DNA of 57,934 bases, counting the filler, from Dirinaria sp. TL-2023a (taxonomy: Eukaryota): assembly GCA_051941275.1 (NCBI GenBank). It is 2 parts of 2 records of this genome, joined end to end, with 100 filler letters (N's around TTAATTAATTAA, not from the genome) between each part and the next. Parts side by side here need not be neighbours in the genome. Positions count along the whole stretch, not along the records: positions 29,028 to 57,934 come from JAVEBF010000122.1; 1 more part is not named here. One strand, written 5' to 3'. The first letter of the stretch is position 1; the number at the start of each line of letters is the position of its first letter. The position numbers and the translations under genes are program-made. The notes beneath the pieces were generated by a model. The model had not been told where the DNA came from, did no database searches, and was given only the letters and a program-made list of their open reading frames with translations. Positions 33,942 to 46,249 of the stretch are shown here, piece by piece.

Positions 33942-34782
33942 CGGGCTGGCCCTCGTGTCATGCCTTGCCTTGGCGCCCGGGAATTGCAGGAACGTGGGGA
34001 TGGGCTTAACTTTAAGGTAGCTCCGTACTTTACCTTGGGCTGCGAGGCTACTGTGTGAGCTACCTTACCTTACTCGTGCTGCATACCTTATGCGCGTCAA
34101 TTGTGGCTCTTCTCTGTGAAATAAGAAAGTTATTCCCACGGCGCCAGCGTCAGCGCCAATACTCACACTCGCTCAGTTGAACAGCAAAAAAGCAAAAAGG
34201 TTGCCATCAATAATAATAATGGTTCTGGTCTCCTTGGCCAAGGGGGGCCAACTGCAGCATCACCAAGACGCCAACGCGTGTCAGACGTGGAAAGTGGAAA
34301 CATCGTCGCCGATTACGAACTCTGCTGCTCTCCACGAAGGGGAAAAGTCATCTACCTTAAGCGTACTTAAGTAGTATCTCTGGAAAGTAAAGTCAGCCGT
34401 CGGAGAGCCGGCAAATTCCCACCATCACAGTCGATCTTATTGCCTGTGCTGCTCAAAATACGTAAAGTACTCATAACGATACGGTCTATGTATGACGACC
34501 TTACAACAATTCGTGTATCCATAGAGCAGATCCGTTCTCAATGTACCCACTCCGTTCTTATGACTTCATACACTTCCCTCCTGGAGCGCCGACGCTGGCC
34601 GAGTAATGCGTTCCATGCATGTATCATGCCGCCATTGGCCTTTGAACCACCACCGCTGATTACCCAAACAATGCTGAGTTAGCTTTACAAAACAAGAAAC
34701 GTGGAAAGGAATGGAAAACGAAAAAAGCAAAACCAAAAAAAGAGCCGTGGGTATCAAATTTTGCCGAATAGTAGCCTTGGTT

Positions 34783-37170
34783 TCATGTACTCTTCTTCTC
34801 TGGGAAACGCCCTTCTTGCCCTTTCTCCTCTCTCCGGTGCCTTGCCATACTCACCAGTTTGGCGATCCCGCTTTTCGGCCCTGAATCGGCAGTCTCGGTT
34901 TGAGAGCGGATCAAGTTCTGGTCCTCGAGGAACTCGGGTGCCTTGTCCACTCGTCGCGTGAGGAAGAGCGTCGCAGATCGACCTTGCTTTGCCCGTATAT
35001 GTTCGACCTGCTCACGGTACGCCGTTTCGTAGATGCTCGTGTCAGCAGCCGGTGGCGATTCGCTCACGATCGGAGGGTCGCCAGGCTGATAATCACCTCC
35101 GGTCCCGATGCCAATGAACCGATGATCTTCGAGCGGGTCGTGGGCGTGGCCTTTGCCATGATCGTTGGATTTTGCGATTGGCCACGTTCGCGCATTGGGG
35201 GGGCCGCGGTGTTCCTGTGGGCGAGCATTGAGAGCACGTCGTGAGCTTGTTGGGCTCGTAGGATCGTGGTCAGAAGACGAGGCTTGAGTGCTGGACTTTC
35301 GTTTCGAAGGTGTCGCAGGGGCGAAGGTAACAGCCGCGTCGGAGCGATCGGGGGGCGAATCCTCAAAGTTGACATCAATGCCGCGGTGAACACCTTCGGA
35401 TACAAGTGCTTGTTCCAGATTCCGGCGATCGTGCGTATCTACACTACGTGACTTGTGAGTGGGCGGCTTCTGATAGCTGTCCATTGATAAAGGAGGTGCA
35501 ACCAAACGCGCATCTCGTCCCAGGATGCCATCGATTCGTGACGGACGCTTGTGTGCGATTTGCTGCTTAAATTTCTTCACAGCTTTCATCTACGCACATT
35601 TAGTAGAGGCTCGTGCATGACACTGATCGTGCATACCAGGACAAGTATGTTACTGAGGTTGCCAGTGATGGCTTGGTTGGTCTCTTCCTCTGTTGGCGGC
35701 TCGATGAGGTTCGCTGTGTTTTCTTCTTCCGGCAGCAGAGCATCTTTGCCGCCTCTTGTCACCCACGGATGCTCCTAATGCCATGTCAGTCCGCTAGAGT
35801 TTAGGTTGCTGAGCTTGTTGAACCTACGCGGATATCAGGCATCTTGATTCGCTTCTTCGGATCCTTTTCGAGAAGATTACTGATCAAGTCGCGGAAGTCG
35901 TCGGAGCACTCTTTCGACGCCACATCGAGTTCATCGTGCTTGATGGACTCATAGAGATCCAGCACTCCAGCCCGTTCAAAGGGTATGCATCCAAAGCGAA
36001 GGCAGTACAATGTCACGCCCATAGACCAGATATCCGCCGCCTTACCGGAAATGCCTCCATGCCTTGCAACGCACAATTCTGGGGGTAAAAAGGCTGGTGA
36101 ACCAGCGGACTTGGCAGTCAGCATTTCTGATTCTTTCTCGAACATCTCTGACACGCCGAAATCTACAATCTTCAAGACGTCGTCCTCCGTGAGAAGGAGG
36201 TTGTCTGGTTTTATGTCACGATGGACGACACCTTGAGCATGTAGATATTCGATTCCGAGTATGAGATCTCGAAACCAGCATCTGCAGGCTTCTTCGTCGT
36301 AGGGATCTGCACGTTCATCCACCCCGACCTTCATGATGACCCCTTTCTTGCAGTATTCCAGAACCATGTACAATGAATCCTCGCTTGGATCATCGAGCAC
36401 CTCTATGAGCGACACAAGATTGTCGTGGTTAAGCTTCTTCATGATTGCAATCTCCTCCTTGATCAAGTATAGCGGATTGCCGTCTCCTTCCTGATCCTGC
36501 AGATCGGACGACGAATGGCGATGTAATGGCGAGTTGAACCCTAGACCTGCAGCTAGATGGCCAGGTCTTCGTGGGGCATGTGGCCGTCGTAAGAGATTGG
36601 ACTGTGCTCGCTTCCGTAACCGCGATTTTGAGAACTCTTTGACAGCCTACCCAGAGACAAGGTTAGAGTTTAATGCTGCGCACGATCTCCGCTCAATTCA
36701 AAACCCATTACGCATGAGAATCCACGCAAGGAGCCCACCACAGCCTTAGGAAAGCTCTTACATATTCGTTGCCATACTGATCAATCGCCAGGTGAACAGC
36801 CCCAAATGAGCCTCTTCCCAGCTCCTGTTTGATTTCATATTGGTTAATCCTGTGAATTGCCGCTCCGTCATCTTGGCTATTTGTGTATTGCGAGCGAGCA
36901 TGCAGTGTTTCTTTCACCGTGCGCGGGCTTGAGAAGTTCCGACGATGGTGCCGCAAAGGGCTCTCGTAAGAAGGCGAAGACCTATTTAGAGAGCGAGTTT
37001 CAGTTCAAGGTAGCCTTCTGTTCCCAAAACATCACCTACATGTGTCTTAAATTGGGTGGCCGTCCTTGTTCGCCCTGGTTGGGCACATCGATAGCTATGC
37101 CATGTGAAGGTACCTGTGCGAGCCCGATTTCGTTCTCTTTGGAACGTTGTTCCTGCATCGTTAGGGGCAT
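34783..37170 (-). CDS. Ca2+/calmodulin-dependent protein kinase kinase (CaMKK; CmkC/Ssp1-like), multi-exon
   Basis: INQYEIKQELGRGSFGAVH, EFSKSRLRKRAQS, EIAIMKKLNHDNLVSLIEVLDDP, HRDIKPDNLL, DFG, GSPAFLPPE; basic MKAVKKFK segment. The start at 37170 is inferred. Confidence 0.9.
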
Positions 37171-37508
37171 CTTAGGTATTGTGAGTAAGCTAAAGCTATT
37201 TAAATAAGATAGAGATGAAAGAATTTATACGTGTCCATGGTGTTACGGACTAACAACTGGCAAATGAAGGAAAACTTGCGTGAAATCGCAGCCTTGCTCG
37301 CCTTGTCAGTACCGGCACTTCGGCCTTGGCATCCCGCTCTGTTGCTCATGCCCTGACTTTAGCTGCGGGGATCCGGAAGACTCCCCGCCGGCTAAAACTG
37401 CCTCCACCGGTTGGAGCAGCTTGTCTCATGCGCGTGCAGTCGGAGTTTATGGCTACCTAATAAATCAGCTGTCTCGCTCCATTGTACTCTACGGTACTGT
37501 ACTGAGCC

Positions 37509-38131
37509 ATGGTTGTGTACTCCTTCTATGTCTTTGACCGCCATGGTTCGCTCCGTCTCTCCCTCTTAAGAACGCGCTAACTCGAGGCAGCCGAGTGCAT
37601 CTACAAGAAGAAATGGGTAACCCGTCCAACTTCCAAGGGACCCCAAGCCAACGGGCTGGCAGAAGGTAGCTCGCAGCCCAAAGCACTGAGCGCTGAAGAC
37701 GACGCAAAGCTGGTGTTCGGAACCATCTTCTCTCTTCGAAATATGGTCCGGAAGCTTGGTGGACCAGAAGACAAGTAAGATAGATGTCCTTGAGGAAAGA
37801 GCACCCAAACCCTAATGAGTTGAAGTTTCATATCGTACCGAACTGGCCACTACAAGCTGCATTATTACGAGACCCCGACCTCGCTGAAGTTCGTCATGGT
37901 TACCGACACCAAGACGAATAACCTGAGGATCGTGCTGCATCAAATATATGTCAGCCTGTACGTGGAGTATGTGGTCAAGAACCCCCTGTCGCCTGTCGAG
38001 CACCCAGGAGGTCTCGGCGTCAACTGCGAGATGTTTGAGTTAGGGGTAGAGCAGTTCGTGGTATGTGTTCGCTGCTGAAGCTGAATCTTTGTGGCTGACC
38101 TCCCATGCAGAATGCTTCCCTTCAGAATTGA
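37509..38131 (+). CDS. BET5: TRAPP complex subunit Bet5/TRAPPC1 (sybindin family); 4 exons
   Basis: Spliced reading MVVYSFYVFDRHAECIY...DDAKLVFGTIFSLRNMVRKL...FISYRTGHYKLHYYETPTSLKFVM...LYVEYVVKNPLSP; GT-AG introns with CTAAC/CTGAC branch sites. Confidence 0.92.
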
Positions 38132-38365
38132 GATCATTGCCATGTGGCGACATCTCCCTCAGGGCCACCGGGTTCTCAGCTTGCGGCCCGGTAGCTAGGC
38201 GCAGGTGAAACTACCTGTTGCTTGAGAAGATGGAGAATCTTCGAGTCACTCAGGCTGCGATAAGTGAGGAAGTAAGCCAGTCTCGTTCAGTTTTCGGTCG
38301 GGGCTTAGATTTTGTCCATCGCTAATCAATCAGCTAGCTCAAATTTTTTGCCCTTAGCTACCAAC

Positions 38366-39322
38366 TCAGTAGAACGACTCGACCATGCTCTCCTTGTTCG
38401 TCGTGTTGATCGCTTCCGGCCCCATGCCTTCTCCAAGCTTGAAGACGCTCTCGACCACACTCAGCTCTGTGGCGGTCGTATCCAGGCCTGTGACCGCCAT
38501 CCAATCGTTCACCACCATGCCTGCACCAATTACACTACTTCCACGATTTATACTCCCCGCCACCAGCGGAACCTGCAGCAGGCTACTCAACTCGTCTTGG
38601 TCTTGTATACTCGTCTTCGGATGCACTATGCCTCCTTGATTCGATAACGACATGTACGAGCCCACGAGAACGTTGTCAGCGATCGTCTGTCGAAATACCT
38701 CAACCCCAAGAACATCGGCGATGATCTCTTCGGTTTCACGCTCAATATCCGGATGTACCAGGGCGACGTGGTCGTTTGTACATATGACATTCCCTAAAGC
38801 CGACAACCGCTCTTCGATACGCTGGATTTTGACTGTGTCTGGGATGGAGTTGCGGAGGTGTTGGAGCTCTTGGTCGGTGGTTGAGGTGGGGACCAGAAGG
38901 CCTTTCCGGTTGCTGCGCGGTGTCAGAGCTGTTTGGGCCTGGGAAAATTAAGAGAGTGTTGGTGATTAAAACAAAAAAATGAACCATACCCAGCCGTCAT
39001 CCGCCCCACAATTCTCGTCCCTGCAATCGTGGCGCGACATATGGGTACTACATCTTGTAGTTCTGCCTCGAAAACGCTGTAGCGGTGTCAGCTCAGGCTA
39101 TGGCGTGCACGCTTCCCTTTTCCGTCCAATGAGGGGGCATCGAATATTTCCCCACCTGTAGAAGTTCTCACTCGATCCTATGGCGACCAGAGCGTAGCCG
39201 TTCGTCAAAGTAGAAAACACGCCAACTCTATCATAGTTGTCAGAAAACCCAGACTCTCAAAACGTGGGGGCCGCAAGGTGGTCACACTCGTCTGAATTTT
39301 CGAATCGTGCACGCACAGCCAT
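38366..39322 (-). CDS. TIF6: Translation initiation factor eIF6; 4 exons
   Basis: [21 protein letters not shown]...[19 protein letters not shown]...[14 protein letters not shown]...[18 protein letters not shown]. Confidence 0.96.
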
Positions 39323-39693
39323 ATTGTAGTATCAGGAGTTTGCTGAGAATTTTGTTTTCTTAGGGTGAACGGTTTGAAGGAAGGGAAGGGGGGGGTGGGT
39401 GTTGCGGGGCACTATCTTCTTGGCGGGAGCTTGTATTTTTTTTTGCAGTGGAGGGAAATGACCGTAGTGAAGATACTGCGATTGAGTGATGCGGGATGGA
39501 AGCTACCTTTATACAGTGTTGCGGGGGACGAGGCAGATTTGGGGAATCTGGGGATACCTAAAGCAGATAATGGTGGTTGCGCAGGGTCTCTCGGATAGGT
39601 ACAGTACTCGTACCTTCAAAATACCTGTACCTTCTTAGTGGGGCCAAGAGGGGCGAAGTTCAGCATGCCAAGACTGGTGGGGGAGGACCGGAG

Positions 39694-39738
39694 GAGTCAG
39701 CGAGTCAGCGAGTCAGCTTGTCGTGCCTGTATGAGTCA
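39694..39738. promoter_or_regulatory. Cluster of bZIP (CpcA/Gcn4/AP-1-like) sites: (GAGTCAGC)x3 plus TGAGTCA
   Basis: Tandem GAGTCAGC at 39694-39717 and a perfect TGAGTCA at 39732-39738, about 400 bp upstream of the TIF6 ATG. Confidence 0.35.
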
Positions 39739-40197
39739 ACAAGGCCGGGGAGGTACCTAGCATGAGGGTCTTACCTAAGGTACATTTACTGTACTCCTGC
39801 AGACTCATCCGATGCACTCATGGCACATGGGAGTTCGGTCTTGTACAATGATATGACTACATATACATGACAACGTTCAGTTGAAGTACAGTCATAGAGT
39901 TTAGAGTCAGCATAAAGAGTGTCAACACTTTCAGCCAACTACAGCTCTCATTTAGCGCCCCTGTATGGTCGTCCAATATCTGTCATTTCATACCATGAAC
40001 GTTTGCGGTTCCTTCGCTCTCCCTTTCCACATTCAGAAGCAAGCAAGCCATAACAGACCACTGATTTTTTCCCCAGCCCACGAGGGCCAACAAGATACCT
40101 ATTCTTCCTTTATACCATGCCAATCATACGCTGGAAAGTCATAATCTCATAACGAAAAAGAAAAAGAAAAAAAAGGCAGGAGAAACCCCGCTCCAGA

Positions 40198-41634
40198 TTA
40201 CACACCAACACCTTCCCTCACCGATGCAGCTCTGCGACCCAAATCCCGGTTTCCACCTACATTGAGAATGAAACCTGGGATTGGTGTCGTCGGTGGTTCT
40301 TTTAATGAAGTAGCTCGGGGCAAGGCATGCCTTTCTCCAGCGACGAGGATGAAGTCTGGTATGGGTGGCGTATTCACTTCATCAGATGGACTTGTTGGTG
40401 CCGTTCTGAAGTCAAAATAGCTCTCTGACCGGACCAACGGACTAGGCGAAGATGGTAGGCTCCCAGACCGCATGCGGCGAAGGACGCGCTCATTGACAAG
40501 CTGGCCTGCCACCGGCGCAGCTAGCACCACCGTATTTGAGGATGCGGTGGGCGGGGGCGTGGGACTGCAGGTCCGAAACAGAGGATGAATGTGGTCCTCA
40601 CTCGACGGTGAGTGCTGACGTGAAGGGGGACGAGAATAACTCGGTTGAGGGAGCGGGCTGGGCGGAGGTGTTGATTCTGGTGCAGTGGCGAAGAAAGGGC
40701 CTTCGAGAGCTTTAGCTGGAGACGGCGAGCGCGACCCGGGTATGGGTTCAAGTGTTCCTTTCGGCTTTTTGGTCGTCAATGGAGAAGAGTGGAGGACTGT
40801 CTCACGCAGGTGAGGCGCGACAGTCGATGTGTCCCAGGCATCGAAACCGGAGTCCTGGGAGGGTCTTGCAGTGGTCGAGTTCTCGAATGACGAGCTGCGG
40901 GAATAGCGCGTCAAGGATTGTTGGCGGATGAGCCTTGTCTTCGAAGAGGTTGGCCTTGTGATGATGGATAGCGAGGATCGCAGTGAACTATGATCGTCGG
41001 ATGCCGAAGCCGACGGTGGCCTTGGGGAAGCTTGGCCAGATGTAACCGATTGCACGGTCGTCGCTGTCGCAGGCCGACTTGGATCTCCACCCACAAGGGT
41101 CATTTGCGGTACATTCTCAATCGGCGGCCGTGTATAATCCATCATAGGTTTGCGGACCCATATCAGACATATAAAGAAAAGTAGTTGGCCCAAAGCCGAT
41201 GCGCCATATACCACAGTGACCACAAGCATGAAATCGGCGGGATCATTTCCAACCACTAGGCCAGAGAGATACTCTAATTCATCGTAAGTCCATCCGAGGG
41301 TAAAACCTGTGGCTACTGCAGCCACGACGATGATGGCGAAACTTGAAAGAACGAAACACAAATTTCGGCCCCTCGAGCTCCCAGCAAGCCCCAACGGCGA
41401 GCCTTCCTGAACATGACTGAAAAGCAGCAACGCTACGGTGGAGATGGCAATACACTGAACGATGATAGCAGCGATTGCGAGGCTCAAAACTTTCTGCCTC
41501 TGTGAGGCAAGGTAGGAGGCCAGCAAAATGGATAGAACAGTAGTGGCAATACTGAGCAGCAGCGCTACTATACCTGAGAGAGTGGATGTTAAATTCCGAG
41601 TCATAGCGCGTTTTCGAGCGAAGCCGGAGGCCAT
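40198..41634 (-). CDS. Hypothetical membrane protein: about 4 N-terminal TM helices and a Ser/Pro-rich tail
   Basis: 478-aa ORF; hydrophobic segments then SGFDAWDTS, LEPIPGSRSPSPAKALEGPF, EDHIHPLFRTCSPTPPP. Confidence 0.85.
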   Translation of the reverse strand: MASGFARKRAMTRNLTSTLSGIVALLLSIATTVLSILLASYLASQRQKVLSLAIAAIIVQCIAISTVALLLFSHVQEGSPLGLAGSSRGRNLCFVLSSFAIIVVAAVATGFTLGWTYDELEYLSGLVVGNDPADFMLVVTVVYGASALGQLLFFICLIWVRKPMMDYTRPPIENVPQMTLVGGDPSRPATATTVQSVTSGQASPRPPSASASDDHSSLRSSLSIITRPTSSKTRLIRQQSLTRYSRSSSFENSTTARPSQDSGFDAWDTSTVAPHLRETVLHSSPLTTKKPKGTLEPIPGSRSPSPAKALEGPFFATAPESTPPPSPLPQPSYSRPPSRQHSPSSEDHIHPLFRTCSPTPPPTASSNTVVLAAPVAGQLVNERVLRRMRSGSLPSSPSPLVRSESYFDFRTAPTSPSDEVNTPPIPDFILVAGERHALPRATSLKEPPTTPIPGFILNVGGNRDLGRRAASVREGVGV

Positions 41635-43131
41635 GATGCCAGATGTTGCGCCGTGATCTTATACCTCGAACGTTGTCTGGGGCTTGGCAACGAGGGTCCT
41701 ACTTCGGAGGCCGAGTGAGGGTTCACTAGCAAACCATTTACCTCCACTCGAAAGGCTTCTGCTGGGACTTGCTTGACCTCTGGGAAGGGCAATGGCTGGG
41801 TAAACCACAATGGCGGGTCTGCTGGCGGCTGTTCCTTGGGAGAGCCGCGCTGAGCTGGCGAATGGGATGGCAACTTTACTCGAAGCGTCGGCGCGTTTCA
41901 GTCGTCTTCAAGGTCGGCTGTCGGCTTCGAGAGAGCGACGTGACGTCTCTCGCTGGGATGAGAGGTATTTGAAGTAGTTGGGTCAGAACAGCCTTGAGCT
42001 CTGAAGCGTTAGGAGGATCTAGCAGAAATGTCGCACCGTGGGGTGGGCTTCAGTCACTGGCTCAAAGAAGCGAGCATTGGAAAGATCTGGAGGCAAGACG
42101 CGACAGCAGATTGGCAGAGGATCATCTGGCGATGGACCATGTTGCAATTGCTGCTGGTGAGACGGTCATCTCCAGGGCTGGCTTGAAGAAATTTACTTGA
42201 GGCAGGTCGTGGTCTGTTCACGTCCTCGGGTATCCGGAGATTTTTGGATTAGACGCGTCTGAAATGAACAACCCACAAACGAAGGACATGAACATTGGCA
42301 ATAATAATCAATTGCAAGGTGGACAGAAGAGAAGAGAAAGGAAGAGGGACGTGCAACGTTGATGTAGCAATCATAGAAGAGGAAAAGCAAGAACGAGAGT
42401 GTCAGAGACCCCTCTGCCGGCCCAACCGCAATCTTTGTTTATAAGGCAATAATGCTTTTTGTGCTGATTGTGCGGTACGAGTACGCCGAGTACGCGTTTG
42501 AATGCGAATCCTCGAATGCGGGATTGCGTGACTTTCCTGCATTACGACAGGGATAACGTCACGGTTTCGCGAGGTGGCGAGGGTCACTAGGCCGGTTACC
42601 GACTAGCGGCTCGATCTGAAGCAAGAACTGCAAGTCTGCAGAAGGGCTGCAGCAGATCGCTAAAATCACGTGATACGTGGTGGAGGGTTTGGGGGACCAG
42701 GGGGGGGAGATTACATGGACCGGGCGAGAGAGGCAGAGCTGAAAAGATTCCATCGCTCCGACCCAACACGCCGTGGTCGCCTGGTAGTCGGGATCGTCCT
42801 TTCGGCATCCTTCCAATATGGCTTGCATGAATAGTGGCCCTAAGATGGTACGAGCTTCACAACTATCGTCTCTCGATTGGACATGGAGTCGTGGACACAG
42901 TAAATATAACCAGAGCGTAATCTCAAATAGATATTTGGGTGAGAAGCACGGACGGAAAACTCCTATATTTCCAATTCCACAAGAAATAAACTATGTACAT
43001 TGATATCACCTTCGCTCACAAGGCCGGGACGCTTGTGCCACGACGTCCCAAAATTGCGCCTCATCCTGGCCAAGCCAAGAGGGGGTCCAATTATTTTGGA
43101 CCCAAGAAAATAAAAAGATAGCGTTCAGGTG

Positions 43132-44223
43132 TCATCGCTGCAGCTTCGCATGCTGCACGAGCCGATGCACATGCGACCGGGGCTGATTCCACCGACTTCG
43201 ATGGCGCCGATGAACCTGGGGTTCGAAATGAGTTGCGCCTTCTCTCATCGACGAGAGACTGCGTCTGGATGGCGTGGTGGAGCAAGCCGTGCCGATGCAG
43301 CAGTTGGTGGTAACATCTACGTTTCCCTGGTTGGCGGAATTGTCACTTGGATACGTGTAGGCAACATGTGCGCAGGGCGCAAAGAATGGGTCCGCGGTGC
43401 CGTCGTCGTTGTCGACCTTGGGATTCTTGCAAAGCGTAAAGTCCTCGATGTTTTGATCGGTCTGGTTACAGTAGTTGCCGTTGTAGCCAAACAGCTCGAT
43501 GTTGCATCCACTCACTTTACCGGCTGATTGACAGACAATAGGTACCGAGTAACCATCGACATAGCTGGCATCCATGTCTGGTGGTCCGGTAACGCTGCCT
43601 TCGATCTTGCTGTCGGCCGGGTCCGTGGTCTTGCCGACGTAGATTCTGCCAGCCCAACCTGTCGGAAAGCTGTAGAAAGTGGTTGCTGCTTGGCCGATAG
43701 TGGTAGCCGTCGGGTTTCCTATCGGTGGCGGAGCACCTGCATTGGACTCAAAGGCCAGTGACAGTGCTACCGAATATGAATTGACGATGGATATGGTCAT
43801 CGCTCCGCCACCGTTCCCGCCTCCATTCCCACCTGTCCCAGTGCCAGTTGGGGCGACAGTGGGTTCACTCGGATACGTGGTTGTAGGACCGGCGCTGCCA
43901 GAGTTGATAGGTGTCTGGATAGGAGTTTGGACTGGTGTTTGAACTGGAGTCTGGACTGGCGTCTGAACTGGAGTCTGGACTGGCGTCTGGATTGGTGTCT
44001 GGACTGGCGTCTGAACTGGTGTCTGGACTGGCGTCTGTACTGGCGTCTGGATGAAGACCGAAGAGCTAGAGCTGGGTGTGATAGCACCAGCTATAATGGT
44101 GGTGGTCACTACCACGGGAGTGCCTGGAAAAGGACCTGAGAAGCGGTGATGGTATTGCCGCTGAGCGAGTGCCGTGTCAGCTATAGCAACGAGTGAAGCT
44201 GCGATATGGAAGTAATAGTTCAT
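43132..44223 (-). CDS. Secreted thaumatin/osmotin-like protein with a QTP(V/I) repeat stalk
   Basis: Signal peptide; FPTGWAGRI, DASYVDGYSVPIVC, FFAPCAHVAYTYPSD are thaumatin-family motifs. Confidence 0.85.
   Translation of the reverse strand: MNYYFHIAASLVAIADTALAQRQYHHRFSGPFPGTPVVVTTTIIAGAITPSSSSSVFIQTPVQTPVQTPVQTPVQTPIQTPVQTPVQTPVQTPVQTPVQTPIQTPINSGSAGPTTTYPSEPTVAPTGTGTGGNGGGNGGGAMTISIVNSYSVALSLAFESNAGAPPPIGNPTATTIGQAATTFYSFPTGWAGRIYVGKTTDPADSKIEGSVTGPPDMDASYVDGYSVPIVCQSAGKVSGCNIELFGYNGNYCNQTDQNIEDFTLCKNPKVDNDDGTADPFFAPCAHVAYTYPSDNSANQGNVDVTTNCCIGTACSTTPSRRSLSSMREGATHFEPQVHRRHRSRWNQPRSHVHRLVQHAKLQR
43906..44049 (-). repeat. 12 x 12-nt coding minisatellite encoding QTPV/QTPI
   Basis: 144 nt of CAGAC(G/T/A)CCAGT(C/T)-like units. 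Confidence 0.95.
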
Positions 44224-46249
44224 ATTTGTATAAACTTTGCCAAATCACGTAGGCTTAAGGAAAGTAGAGCTAGACTAAAGCCTCTAGCTTCAACGCAGTG
44301 AAGAATCGAAGAGAGTGAAGTAAGGAGCGAATGTCTTCTTCTACATAATAATAAGACGAGCCACGTATGATAATGAAAAGAAGTTTGAGAGCTATGGTCT
44401 ACTTGTACTGTACGCCTTGTGGGCGGAGCAGTATCTCGCATCACGGGCCTTGCGGCGCTGCTTACCTGTATCTAAGTCGATTTGAGCGGCCAAAGCCTGA
44501 CCGACCCAGAAGTCGAAGCTCAGTGTGGCATAACCAGGTCTCGAGGCACATAGATAGTTGTTCTGATAGATCTCGACCTCCTTCAGTGTTAAAGGTAGGT
44601 ATGTGGTAGTTGGTAGGCCACCTGCGGCGTACGCCTCCGTCGCAATCAGCGTGTTTCATCGAACAATCCGATCTGTTGGACATCTTCGCAACCTCAGCTT
44701 TATCTAGCTTCCCCAGATCATCCTACCCCTTCGCGATCGGCAACCTAGTTTTTCGGCGTGTGTGTACTGCCTTTCCTGCACACTGGAAATTTAGAATTCA
44801 TGATAGAATGCCAGGCGAGCAAGGGCTAGCAACACGTACATTAGTACCATCAAGACTAAGAAAAAATCGTTCCATCATTCTCAGAGAGACGATCATTCTT
44901 TTAGGTTGCATCTCTTCGTAAGCTTCGTCAAGACAACATGTACTTTGATTCTTGTTGGCTTAGACAGGAGCTGGGGAATTTAGTCAACAAGCTCCATCCT
45001 GTCGGCATCCTTCGCCGGAGAAGTTACGTGGTTGCCTTGTTGGTGAGGTCTTAAACGGGCCAGCTACCTCATATCGATCATCATCCAAGACCCACCTTAC
45101 TCGACCTTTCACAGAGTGAGTAAATTAGGCACGCGGCGTCGACATGCTCGAAATTTCCAAGCTCAGTGCTCCGTATCAACGCGGTACGGTCAGCTCCTCG
45201 CTGCATGGTAATCAAAGCCGAGCATTTTGTGCGACTTGGAGGTTTCAAGTACCAAACAGTGACCCCAGTAAGGTACCTCCACATGAAGCTAGGGGGTTGG
45301 TGCCAATTCTCAAGAACGGGAGATTCCACGGTTCGCAAAATATATGGTTCCCTCGTGACTTCCCCGCCCGGAGCGGTCCTAGAAGAAATCTGAAACGTGT
45401 TTGCTCATAAAGAGGCCATTTATCCAAAACCTCTTGCAGACCAAACCTCGACTGGCGCCGAACTAAGCCTCCCTCCAAGCAGTTTTTCCGGATACAAGTA
45501 AATAATATGTGGAAGCTCGCGAAAACAAATGCAGAGTCCTAAACATGCGAAGCTCTTAGCCTTTGGAAGCCAAGCAAATGCTACCTTACTCTACATGCCT
45601 TACGTAAGGTATCGTAGGTAGGTATGTAAACTCTGTGTAGTATTGGGATGATGAACACGGTAAATACCTTACTGTACTAACAGGACTCCCAAAAACTCGC
45701 TAAGGGTCATCAACAAAATGTAAGCTATATTTCCTACGCTTCTAAACATGGCTCAAGAATATATGACGAGAAAGTTACTAAGTAAGGACAACACAGTATT
45801 GGGGGACCAAGTAATTTTCTCAAATCACACGTTGCGGAAGACGGAGACTTCCTTTTCCATGAAATCTATTCTTAAAGGGGGGAAACCTATGTGTAGAGCA
45901 GAATATTTCTCGCAGGTAAAATGGGTTGCAATTGCTGTTTGCGCAATCCAAATTTAGGGTTAAGGTACCGAGGCGGCCACCTCATTACGTGACTCCGATT
46001 ACCTAAGCGAGCTAAGGTACTATGCTCCTAGAGTGAACATGCACTTCATGAATCGAACATCACATTTCCTCATCACCACAATCCTCAAGCCACTTGAATA
46101 CAGTTGCAGTCCTCTCACGTTCTGTTCCTATGTTGACCGAGCTCTCGGCTTCTTCCTCTCCAGTCTATCCACATTGTGTGATAAACTTAACCTCCATCTA
46201 TCATCGCCGCGTTACAACGTTTACTCAAGGTCAGCAGTGATCGAGCAAG

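Noticed and set aside
43906..44049. CRISPR-like array
   Set aside because: Spacer-less coding minisatellite in a eukaryotic gene.
45976..45981. GCCACC (Rpn4/PACE core) upstream of RAD23
   Set aside because: Biologically plausible, but only a 6-mer; too weak to call.
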